The notes beneath the pieces were generated by a model. The model searched no databases. It had not been told where the DNA came from and saw nothing but the letters and a program-made list of their open reading frames with translations. A stretch of 64,000 nt of DNA from Klebsormidium nitens (taxonomy: Eukaryota; Plantae; Klebsormidiophyceae), in contig DF237156.1 in NCBI GenBank assembly GCA_000708835.1, positions 80,075 to 144,074 of the forward strand, written 5' to 3'. Position 1 is the first letter of the stretch, and each line of letters begins with the position of its first letter. Position numbers and translations under genes: made by a program. Positions 24,608 through 36,800 of the stretch are shown piece by piece.

Positions 24608-27600
24608 ATGGCCGGACTTCTCGGTGCCAAATGGCACGAGCTCTCTTCGGAGATTCAGAAGAGAAAGTCAGGTGAAGATGGTACTGCAGACTCTGATGAC
24701 AAGAAGCAGGAGCTCCTCTTTCTAGAGAGGCACCTTCAGACACTGGACGTGCGCGCAAGGCTGCATGCCAGGTCAGGGTTCGACTTCAGTACCCGTTTCA
24801 AGCACGCGTGTAAAGGCAAGAGGACTCTGAGTTGAGCCGTAATTTTACCGAGAGTGTGGTTCAATTTCGTCGCGTCTGATGAGACTAGTAAGATCATTAT
24901 TCTGAATCTTTCGAATCCTGAACGTAAGCCAGCAATGTTGGTTTCTCTACAAATTCTACTTCGTCGCAGAAGTTGAAATCTATCTTTTTGAACCGTTAGC
25001 AGAATTGCATATGCAACATGTACAAGGTGCCATCCTGTGTTGTATAAGCTGCGCCAGGTTTCTGAAGTCGACGCCACCCTTTCGAAGTCCTCTCTTTGAC
25101 ATGGTTCACGGAACTGTCAATCGTATCTGCAACGGAACAAACCCCGTGGCTTGCTTTCGTCAGCTCACGTCTTGGATTATAATGTGGAGTATCGGGAGTT
25201 AAAAGGTTTCTACGAATAGGAGCTTGCTGCATATCAAACAAAACATCAGCCATACCAAGCAAGAACCTTGCATGATCTTTCACACCAATTAGATACCAAT
25301 TGCCCGCAGCAAGAGGACTTCAAGTAGAGATTCTCCTGCATACATATAACTTGAAGGCTTTCAATTCGTCTTGGTGTTGACATAATGAGACCAACCGATC
25401 AACCCGCATATGGTTGCAAATTCCAGGAAGGAATGATGAGTATCTGGTTCAGCCACAAACCATCGGCCGTGATTCGGCCACGTGGAGCTTCCCTGGAGGA
25501 GGACGCCTCATCCTCAGCCTCGACCTCAAGGACGGGACCTGTAACGTGGTACCTGAGCACGTGCCTGCTGACGCCAGCTTCATCAAAGACGCCTGGACTG
25601 CGAGCTCCGAATGGCGTGGCTCAAATTCGACGCACAACTTCGATCTGATATACAAGTGAGTACCTTCTCGCCAACGTCTGCGCTTTTCTTACCTCGCCTC
25701 ATAGCGTGGAGACCAGCTCGCGAATAAATCCGATCCCGCCTATGATGAGCATATTCCCAGCGTTTTAGAAGCAGACAAACAAGGTTTCTAGGTTTTCCAT
25801 TGATCCGGAAGGCTCTTTCATTGGCAGCTTCCGCGTGAGCAAGGTCCCGTACGCTCTCGCAGCCAGCGCAGAACAGGTGTTGAATTCGATTGAGCGCTTC
25901 AATTGCGCACTTTGATTGCTCAGGCCTAAATTACAAGCATAAGATTCGCTTAAGTTGCACAGGCCTCAATTACAAGCGAAAGATTCAGTTAATTTGCAGC
26001 TAATTACCATGATCGAAGGGCATGGCAGATACAATTGGAGCTTCTGTTAGTCTTCATCGGGTCTTAAGCTCTCGACTGTTGCAGAATCTCTAAGATCAGA
26101 TTTCTGGACAGCTCCGAAGCAAAGTGAGGAAGATAGACCATACAACTTGATTTTCAAGATCCAAAAACCCTTCTTTTGATTTATTCTTTCAATCCTACTG
26201 GAAGGCTCGACACCGGTTTTGTCAAGCTCAAAGAGAAGGACGCCCTTCCCGACCCCTACATCCTCACGATCACGCCTGATGCCGCTCGAGAGCGGTACGA
26301 GCACATCGGGGAGCGGATTCCGTCCGCTCTCGTTCTGTACAGATTGCTGTGCCTCTTCCCGTCCCTGGATGTGCCGACTTATGACTGGTACAAGTGTCTC
26401 TGGGACTTTCTGCTGACCCACGAAGCGACCGGCTTCCGGCTGAAGATATGGGAGCACAAGGCCGCGCTGCATGCAATGGTGAGCTGCCATGCGCGCGCAG
26501 CCGCGCTGATTCGTACCGCGACAGATATCTGCCCCTCATCTCCAAAAACCTGCTTTAGCACCCGCAAACGGAAGGCCAGAGAGAGTGTGGTTCTCATTGA
26601 CTTCTGGGTTCCTCTTCAAAGAAGTTAAACTGTTCCGCCACAATCAGCTATTTAAGCCTTCCAGGTTGTTGTACTGTCACGTCGGGCTCCGATATCCCCC
26701 TGCCAGAGTTCAAAACACAAATGGACATCGGCAAGGAATTAGTTCAGGTCGTAGCACCCTCCTGCCAACTTCATTTCCATGCCAAAGCCAAAAACATCGA
26801 TGCACATGCACTGATTAGCTTAGATGAACGTGCAAAGATTCCGTTCAGGTCTTCTGGACGGACACCCCTGGACCGGCGCCGGAATGTTTCCAGGCAGACG
26901 CCTGCGCTTTTCTGGAGCTGCTCCTTTCGGACGAGTGCCGGCACCCCTGTGGAGTGGTCGCCGGTTCCATCGATCCCGCTGTCCTAGACAACAGCACCGC
27001 GGCGGCACTCGAGGTATTTAGGCATCTTTTGGAGAACTGGGTCTCCTTTTTCTAGACCTTTCCGGTTCAACATCGTAGTATCTATCTTTCTAGACCTGTG
27101 CTGAAAGTTTGTGGTTGCATTTTCCGAGGCGGCTGTTTGGAATCAGCTGCTGTTCCGATTGAAGTGGAACCACAGAAGGAACGTCTCGAAGGCCGGAATA
27201 CCTTGTTTTGTGGTTAGGTTACTTGTGCGTACTCTCCTCCTCTCGTTAGCGCTTTGAACACCCTCCTTACAACGTGCGGCTTGTGAAGGCGGCTAGACGC
27301 AAACTCGTAGTCGTATCAATAGTGCTCAAAGAATTATTTCTGAGATTGCTTTACTCAGACGCCCGCGTGCAAGCGGGAGACTCCAACGTATTCTGAAACC
27401 TCATCCTTTGCTGTTCAGTCCACTTGAACTTTTAGAGATCATATGACATGTGATCTGGTTTCCCATCTGCAGCCACGTAGGTATATGGTAGACCCATCGC
27501 AGATTGTCAGGGACCGGCTGACGCCTGATGACGTAGTGGCAGCGCGCGCTGTCAGGGACAAGTGGAAGGCTCTCGAAGAGCCAGACAGGCAAGCCTTGCT

Positions 27601-28969
27601 GAGCTCTTCGTGGGCAAAAACTCCTAACTTCTTTTGGTATTGCAGCACTCCCTTCATTCTAGCAAGGTCGTTAACCGGATGTATGTGAATCCTCGAGATG
27701 CAAGACAAAAGCGATCAACCGCTGTGCACATCAATCTGTTACCCTCGGGTCCTGCTGGTTCAAGAGTTCGCATCATGCATCGCTTTTCCTTGAGGGCTGC
27801 GTTTTGAAGAGACTGCCTGATTATGACTCCGTCGACTTTTCAGAGCGGGTTGCAACCACTTGCCCTTCCCATTGAATTTAGAGGCCGGTCGTATCTTCGC
27901 ACCCATGTCTTTCTCACCTGCTCCGAGCCATGCTAAGATATCGACTCGGTGACTTTTGTATTCTCGGATGCAGCGCCCCACAGGACGGTACCGGTCGCTT
28001 GGACGTCCGCTTCGGTCCGGCAGCGACAACAATCATCTTGCCCGACTTTGGGCAGGAACTTACGGCGCCCGCCAACAAAAGACTGAAGGCGGAAACGGTG
28101 GGTTATCGTACCGGTCTCGTCAAGCTCATTCTTGAAAGAGCAGCCGTTGCTTCAGTAGAATATACAGACGATCCTTCTGAACGTTAGAACTAGACTTCGC
28201 TATCCTCGTGCTTCAAATCAATCACCTGTGAATGCTGCTTTGGTGTCGTTGGCTTTTAAAGTAGCTTTGAAGCAGTCTTGTCAAAAAGCAGGCAAGGACC
28301 GCGCAAAATTGTTGAGGGATGAACTCATTCCGGAATGCTTTAAACAGAGGGCGTCGGGGGGACTGGTCCCCCCTGGGCGACAAGCAAAGTGACCATAGAG
28401 CCAAATCGGTCGCTCAGGACAGTATTTGAGATGGAATCTGGTCCGTCGGATGAAACTTTCCCTGAGGACTCAGATGCACGAGTCCTTGAATCTGACGCCC
28501 TCTCTAAGCTTGCACAGTTTTTGAATCCAGATTGAGGCTGCGTGACTCCCCTCCCTTCAGCAGAGCAATTTGTCAACCCCTTCCATGCCAGGACCCGTCG
28601 ACCGTTCCGTTCTGCGTGACGATCTCCTCCGCTCTGCTGCTCTACCGCCTTCTCGGCCTCTTCAGCCTCCTTGACCGCGAAACCCGGTACAGTAACGTCC
28701 TTCACTACAGTAGCGTCCAAACACCGGTTGAGATCATCCGACCCGGTTTTACGGATTCCGTGTGGCACACGGAGGTCCGCCACATGGCGTCCGCATCCGT
28801 CGTCCGATTCGGCGACTACCGCGGCGCTGCAGCGGTCTGGGCGGCCACGTCCGCAGGAGCTGATCACGAGGAGAAGCTCAAGGAGGATCTCGTGTCGCTG
28901 CTCGAGCTGCTTTGCGGCGACAAGTGTCCGCATACGTATGACGAAGTAGTCGCCGGATGTATAGCCTGA
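24608..28969 (+). CDS. Uncharacterised two-repeat protein, copy B, ~497 aa, intact
   Basis: Exons 24608-24815 (GC donor), 25427-25655, 26205-26478, 26849-27013, 27473-27588 (GC donor), 27974-28097, 28592-28969 (1494 nt, all phases match). Repeat motif I.SAL.LYRL..LF...W...H..G......(F/L)..D...(F/L)LELL..D.C.H...VVAG occurs twice. Confidence 0.8.
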
Positions 28970-30148
28970 GAAGGTCCTTGTGATTTGAGTGCCAAGCCCC
29001 ACTCACCTGGTCGAGCTGTGACTGCTCCGCTGTGCTTTCACTTTCACTTTTATTTGCAGCACATGCAGTAATGCTGGGCGCCAGAGTGGAGGGCCAACGA
29101 ACATGTCAGATCAGAAAACTTTCGTATCAAAACCACTTTGCTGACCAAAACGATCTTTGTTGATCCTCCTTCAAGTCTTCCTTGACGGTTGCATCTGCCG
29201 CCAAGCCTTCTAGCGAATGTGGGTTATCGACGCGTTTGCCAGCCGGCATGTAAGTTCGCCACCGGCTGCATAAGTGCTGATCGTAATCGTCTGTTTCAGG
29301 ACATGGCAAGCGGACCGACGTATACTGCTTAATGATCAGCTGCGGCTTACTGCGTCAAACCGCTGGATCCTGGCCGGCAAAACATATCTAGCTGCTGCGC
29401 TGCCAATATACAGTAATTGTCTTCTGCAAACATTGGTTCGGGCATGGCACGCCGCCCATACAGTCTGTCATTGCAGCGAGCTTGCGGCCGTCGGGCCGTT
29501 CTTGTGACGGAATAAGATCGCGCCACATATGTCAATCGACATTTTTTCTGCCTTGACAAGCGACCGTCGGTGTAATACTATACTACAATTCAAATTCTTT
29601 GGTCTGGTGGCCGCCAACCGCAACTTAATGAAGCTAGCTGTCTTGCCAGACAACATGGGCGAGCCTGCCTTGCAAAGCTTCGCAAAGCGCTTGGGCCATG
29701 CACCACAATTATGAATATATATGCAGGCTATAGATTAGAGTACGTTGACTGAGCCCACTGGGTTATGTATATATGTGTAATTCGACATGTGCCATGGTAG
29801 TGGCAGTGAGAGCCATGGCCGTCGATCGAGTCCGCCATGCTTTCAGCTCATTTCGAGCGCTGGCACATCAGTGTTCGAAGATACGTATGAAACCAAAATT
29901 AGACGAAGCTAAGTTTTAACGACTCAGATTATACGTTCGGATGGTAGATGGACACCAACCATAATTCATGTCTACATTCCAGCTGCGCTCAGTAGGATAA
30001 TCAGCGGCAATGAGGTCATTTGCAGCAAGTCAACAGGCTGATTGGCTCTGCATAACATTTTGATTCATAGGGACTATGTTCGGTGCCTGAAATCAACAAT
30101 TTGTTCTGAATTCAATAATCTGTTTTGAACTCAGAAAATCTGTTCTGA

Positions 30149-33107
30149 TCAGCTCGCTACTGCGGCTTTTTTATCGACCAACGCCATCAGCTCGTCGATC
30201 GTCACTCCGTCCATGTCTCCATACACTGCCGCCGCCCCCTCAAACTTCTGCGACGCCGTTGACGGCGTCGTCGTGATCACGCACGACATACCGCCCCCCA
30301 GCGCAGCGGCGAGCCCGATCGCGCTATCCTCGATGACCAGGCACTTCTCGGCGGGGATGCCCAGGCGCTTCACCGCCTCGACGTAGATCTCCGGGTCCGG
30401 CTTCTTCTTGTTGACGTCATCACCGGCCAGGAAGCAGTCGAGCGACTCGAAGCGGTCCTTCCCGATGAGGTTCGAGAGGGTGAAGACGCACGACTCCTTT
30501 GTCGACGCAGAGCAGACCGCGACCTTCAGGCCCGTGGCACGGGCAGCGTCCATCACCTGACGTCGGCAACGAACAAGTGACGTGAGCAACGGAGTTGATG
30601 CTGACGAAGGAGGTTCGAGAGTCTTATGGATGGCGTAGACGGCAATCTTAACGTCCGTTACTTGACACCAGAAGGGTATGTATCCATCAGAGATAGATGG
30701 CACGTGCAGTTGCCGACGCAAAATGCACAGACTTCTTCTTCAGGAGCGGGACAAACAGTGAATGTTAAGGCATACCGCGATCTTCGTGAATTGAATTGCG
30801 CAACGAACGCCACACCAAGCGGAGAAGGAGTAGGTTGTAAACAAACAAAGGCTCCTCTCTGGAGCTCTTCTCTTCCGACACTGTAGGATAGGTACGTAGC
30901 AAAGAGCGACTACTTCTTCAAAGTCGCAATTTAGCCAATCGCCCGCATACTTTTCAGTAAATCCTTCTGAGAGCTTCGTCCAGATTGCGTTCTGGAGTAC
31001 CAATTTTATACACGAGTCAGCGAGTCAGCGCAAGTAATAAGTGGGGACTGTTACGAACAAATACTTTCAAAATCGCTGCACAAACATAGATGCCATGACA
31101 AGGAACATAACTATGGATGGGTGGCTTTCTTACAATGAGCACATCTGAAACGGCGCTTTTCCGTTTTGCACACATAGTCGCGCTACTGAGCTTCGAAGGT
31201 ATAGAGCGACCAAACGAGTCTAACGGGCTTTCAGACTGGAAAAGAGAAGAACGCTTCTCAATCGGGCTGATGGTGATGAATGCGGCGATGAGTATTAAAC
31301 CCAAATGAGGAAACCCTGTAGCGATTCGAGAATGAAGGATTCCAAGCGACCGCACTGGACCGCACACCCTTCTCTCTAGACGATCGAGGTGACAGGCAAA
31401 AGAGAGGAGACGAGAAGAAAAGAGATAGGAAGAGACCACGTCAAGTCAAAAGGAACAAACACCAGGAAAAAGCAAGAGGGCGAAGGACATCAGGGATATC
31501 CTAGAATTCAAGAAGGAACATACAGAGGGGTATCCTGGAGGTTAAGAAGGAACATACAGAGCAAAGCAACCGAATACATAGGAAAGAAACGTTTTGTGAG
31601 TCACCTCCAAAATCCCCGGTCTTGGCTTCACGGACCCTGACCCAATAAAGTCCCGGAACTTCGCAGACTTCCAGTCTTGCAGCGTGTCGACCAGCTTCGC
31701 CTGCTCCTCCTCGTTCTTGGGGGCTTCCGGCAGAATGGTCGAAGTGGGCCAGCCATTCTTACTGAAGTACCACCGCATCTTGGGCTTGCCGCCCCCTGGA
31801 ATGAACAAGCAGATTGTCAGCGCAGATTCTTTGTATGCATCCGACGGTCAGGATTTGCATGAGACTGACACTACGCTTTTGAGACAGTCATGCCAGGAGT
31901 GCGTTTGGAAAACAGCACGGTGCGCGGCCTCATGTGACACTGAGGCAAGTTGCAGATGCATGCGATGCCTCAACCAGCAGCACTCCCGTCCCACGTGATG
32001 TTCTGACTGCAGTCTGCCAGGAATTTGCGGATTTTGGCAGGACAGGATCATGATTTGGGTATAATAATCCACAACAAGATGAGCGTTCGATTCCACTTGT
32101 TGAATCTGGACAGCAGTGCTGCGATTTATTGTCGCCCTCGTGTCATTCCGTAACTCTGCGGTCTGCCTGTCCTGGGGTTGCTCTTTGAACTCTTCCACAT
32201 CCTGGGGCTCGAAGATTCCCCCAGCAAGACCAGAAAGGTTCAGCAGTGCGTTTCATAAAAAGGTTAGTACTTATATCGAAGAATGTGCATGGGTCATCAA
32301 CAGAAAGTATGAACAATACAACAACACAAAGGGTTGAAGCATGTATCTAATGACACCCCAGCACCGCAGACAAGTCGACGATTACTTGGACTAAAGTCAG
32401 GCTCTTCGATGCACAAGATCGCAGATGACTGGCGACTCTGACGCAAACAAAAGAAAGCCTTCAGTCTGTATAAAAGATGGTCCCAACCCTCACGCACGGA
32501 AGAAACGAATGTGTTTGGAAGAATAGTCACCATTCATTTGGACCAAGATCAGCTATTCTACGCAAGGTCCTGCCTAGTGAATGAGTCTGATGCGGAGGAG
32601 GGAAAGCTTCCGTCTGTAAAGAAGATAGTGATGCTCACCGACAGTGTTCTGCAGCATGTCATAAAAGTCGGGCGTCCAAACCACGGCGCCGTCCGGTGCG
32701 TTTGGGCACCGCACATCAAATTCCTTAAAGGCAGCATTGTACGCCTCCCTATGCAGGTCTTCTGACTCCAGGATCACGCCGTCACAGTCAAACACAAGCG
32801 CTTTCAGTGCCGCACAGCAGGGGCTGCGTGTCCCTGCTCCCCGGTGCGCTTTTCTCTCGCCTCTAGTTACTGCATGAGTGAGCTTTGTGGAGGACCAGCC
32901 GCGGGAATGCTGCAAGCTTCTGAGGAGGGGTGCTTTTGACGTTGAGCCCGCTTGTTGAGCTGGCGCTTTGGAAGGGATATGACTTGTGACTGAGGCAATG
33001 CAGGGGCACTGTGGCTGCGAGCTGCATTCCTGAGAAGGGCGCCTCACCGCATGCGAAATGCGGGCGGTTGAGAAAGGGGAATGCAGAGCGTGGACGCCCG
33101 CCGCCAT
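30149..33107 (-). CDS. Haloacid dehalogenase-like hydrolase, CbbY-like, with chloroplast transit peptide (resembles Arabidopsis At4g39970)
   Basis: Exons 33107-32639, 31795-31605, 30556-30149, phases match. HAD motif ALVFDCDGVILESE, GGKPKMRWYF, VAVCSASTK, GDDVNKKKPDPEIY, CLVIEDSAIG. The N-terminal ~100 aa are Ser/Ala/Arg-rich and acid-poor. Confidence 0.95.
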
Positions 33108-33399
33108 CTTCGTAATTTGCGTTGCTGATCTCCCCTACGATGATCTGGCCTCAAGTTCCAGCGGATTGCAGAAAGTGGTAATCAGAGAAGCAAACGGGCA
33201 CCAAATTGATCCCAAAAAGTGAGGGCTGCAGTTATTGTTCTCCATAGAACTTCAAGCTCCTGTCTCTTGAATCTCAAGGCATCCTGGGATGTGGCTGGCA
33301 TGCACTGGCAGTTGACTCTTGGAACAGCTCACTCAAGTCTCAAGATTGAGCTGTCTTGACAGACTTGAGCCCTCGATGACTGAGCTCTGAGCTCCAGCC

Positions 33400-33650
33400 C
33401 TGAACCAAACCAAACCCAAACCTGCAGAATTCAACCTAAACCTAGGTGGCTAGAATTTAAAGCTTCAGCCCTGAACCCCCAACCCTAAATTCTAAACCCT
33501 GATCATGACGGAGCTTAATCCCTTGATTTCCCTAACCGAATCAAGAACCAAACCCTAAACCCCTGTCCCCTTGAACACACCGGGTTTAGCAGACCAAGAA
33601 TATAACTGTAACAACCAAGATTAACCCAAAAGTTCAACCTTAAAACCCCA
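33400..33650 (+). repeat. Degenerate C-rich CCCTAAA/CTAAC telomere-like tract upstream of the PLC start
   Basis: aacctaaacctagg, aaccctaaattctaaaccct, ccctaaccg, aaaccctaaacccc. Lies before an acceptor-like catttcag at 33800 (putative 5' UTR intron). Confidence 0.6.
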
Positions 33651-33827
33651 CGTTCAGCTGAGCTCACGACTGCTGCTGCCAGCACCATGGCACTGGCACT
33701 GAATCCAGCTGAATCAATGTGAGCAGGGCTGCAGCATTTTTGAAGGTCTTTCCGGCTTTCTTCTTTTGCTTGGAGGTGATTGGAGGGGCTCACATTTCAG
33801 CGTTAACTTGTGAGGAGCATTGTCAGG

Positions 33828-36800
33828 ATGGGCAATTGTGCTTGCCTCCCGGGCAATAAGCACAGGTCTACGGCGCTGGGACCGGTTCCAAAAGCGGTCA
33901 GTGAACTCTTTCAGGCGCTGTCACAGGGGAAGGCTACTCTGACTGAAGAAGTCGTGCGGACTTACCTAAAGGCACAGGTGTGGTTTCATGCTGATTCCAG
34001 GTCACCGTCCGATTTTCATAGTTTTCTTCCACACGCACTTGTTTCAATAGTGGTACCCTTGTGTTGCGAATAAGGTGGTCGTGAAGCACTCCCTTTGCCG
34101 GGTGGAGGTATCGTCCTTCTACTAACGCCGTCAGTTTCAAGGTTCGCATCCAATCAGCGAGCTTAATGGTATCTCAAGAAGTCTCTGCAATAGCCTGATA
34201 TAGTTGGCAGTGTCCTCCCAATGCCAGTGCTGAAGAGAAGAAGAATAAATGACAGACTCGAAAAGTTAACTGGGAACTTCAGCAACCGAGTGCACCATCA
34301 TTTTGTTCAAAAGCCTCCCCTCCTACTGCTAAGCAGAGACAACAGGTCTTGTTCTAAGAAAAGCTGGTTTTCTTCTCACAGGCACCTTTGTTGCCTCTTA
34401 ATACCCCCCCAAATTGTCAGCAGAAGTAGATCACCCCTTTATCCACCTCCAATGTTCAACCTTAAAATCTTAACGATACATAAAAAAGGCCACTTCCAGA
34501 GTACACCTTGAGTCCAGCGGGTTTCCCTGCCCCCAAAGTGTGGTTTGGTTGACCTGGCTGACTCTGGATACGAAATGGTGAATGTCAACATCAATCATTA
34601 TTCGAACAGCTCTGGGGAGCCTCAGTTTACTCAAAATACTGGCCCTGAACATGAACAAGCGGATGAGTTGATCATCGAGCTTGAAAACAACAAAAATGTG
34701 GACTGGAGCGCATGTACTTATCCGGAAAGTGATAAACGAGGGAGCCTTTGGTCATATTTTCAAATCAAGGTCCTCTTGAGGCGTTCTGGCACCCCAAGGA
34801 CTTTCATGGTCAGCAGATCATTCTATGATGAATGATACTGACTTTAATCAAACCGCTCAGCTTTTGTTTTCCTCCTAACCCCGGCAGATATCCAGTCTAC
34901 ACGAGCTTTTGTTCAATTTTACTGCAGGGGGTTGTTTCTTCTGAAACAGAAGTTCACCACCTCATTGCCAGTTGCAAGCAAGCAGTGTCAAACCGACGAA
35001 CGTCTGGCGCCTCCGAAGCGGGCCCTCTTGATATCGACCTAGACGAATTTCTGGCACTCCTACAAGACACCGATGTCAATGCTCTCCATGAGGTTGGGAA
35101 GGTGAGAGGAGGGTCTCATTCAGGGTGCAGTTAAGCTACACAATAGGAGCAGGCCGACTCTTTCTGAGTATGGCTGATGTAAGGAACACGCTACATGCTT
35201 CGGTAAACAACGTAGAAATCACGAGTTTTTAGCGAGGAAGTTGTGTTTTCAGCGAGGAAGTTCATTGATTGATCAAGATTTCTGAGATAAGAAAGGGTGA
35301 TGTTGACAGCGGCAGGACGTGCGCAGGACATTGTGTCCTACTGTGCACACAGTTGGTTTGGATCCACTAACCAGCCCATTCTTTTCATTTCAATGCTAAT
35401 CACTGTCCGCTTCCAGCTTCGGTTGTGACAGAGTCCCCTAGAGAGTCCGAGGACCACCCTTGCGATAGCTGTGTGTTAATTTCAGATGGTCGTGCCTGAT
35501 CATCGAGTGGGCCATGTCCAGTATCTAGTGGAATCCTTCCTGATGAATGGAGTCAGCTGCGGTAATTGCAATACAACATCACCGTATTAGCGGCGTTGGT
35601 AAGCACACTCGGAACTTTGGTCAGGTGCTTGATCCGGCCGAACTGCTGACTCCCCGCTTGTTATTGTGCAGGTCACCCATGACATGAGCCTGCCTCTCTC
35701 CCATTACTATGTGGGTCAGTTGTCCTTCTATGTGACTTCGTTGGCGTTGCATCAGACCTCAACTTGAAATGACCAACATGAGACCATGTTCTTTCAGGGG
35801 TTTGTCTCTGCACACAACTTGACTGAATGTAAGTCGATCTGAGGTTACGGAAGGATTCTCCGTTTTGCTGGTGTGTCCAAGACGTAGGGTACTCTTCTCC
35901 GAAGAGATTTGGGCCAGCAGGACTTGACATTATGCTGACAATTGATACGACTGACTTCGGAAAAATGACATGAAAAAGACCTCTCTGTGTTGATTTGGTA
36001 TACGTCTCTATCCGCTGATTGTCCCGGCTGTGGCCCAATAGAAAGTCCCCCTCTGAATATATGGGATTCGTTCCTACCGGCCAACTTTGGCTCTTCATTT
36101 CTGTCAGAATACTGCCTTCATGGGTACAGACCCCCGAACAGGTTTCCCGCTAAATGCCCTTTTCCCTGCACCGTTCTTTGCCTTGCTGATACACCTGGGC
36201 CACAAGGATGAAGCTAGGTGGCCATAAGCCATGAATCGCAACTGACTTTGGCGATTCTGCGCTGGCAACTTCTACCCTTTTGAAGAACTCGCTTCTCGGA
36301 GAAAGCATACTTGTTGTTCCAATTGATCTGCTCCAATCCGTACCTTTTCAACCAACACTGACGTAATTTTTGAATCGCTTGACAGCCAACTACTTCTTAA
36401 GATTCGATAAGCCTACGGAATTGACTTTCCTTCGTCCAGTTCAAGCTTTACCAGCATGAAGAGCTTTTCGATATAGTGGGATCTCGTCGGCAACAAACAG
36501 ACAAGCTTGCTCAACCTCGGTTCAACAACGAAAAAGCATTCGTACCTTCCAACATGCAGTTGACCAGTCTCCCGCCGAAGGGGGATGTTGTCGGCAACAA
36601 AGTGATAAGCATTTGAACGCCGTGCATCTTTCCTACCCAAAGAAACAAAGACGCGTCGTTTAAGGCTTTTCTTTTTTTCCTGATGGGAGTAACTGTCCAA
36701 AGTGTTGTCGTTGAACGATATCTTGAAATGCTTCTTGTGCAGATTTACACTGGACACAACTCGTATCTGTCTGGAAACCAGCTGAACAGCGACAGCAGTG

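Noticed and set aside
33400-33650. True telomere or chromosome-fusion scar
   Set aside because: Repeats are short, degenerate and single-orientation, with no head-to-head junction.
34221-34835. ORFs inside PLC intron 1
   Set aside because: Not needed for the phase-consistent PLC model and show no transposase or retroelement motifs.
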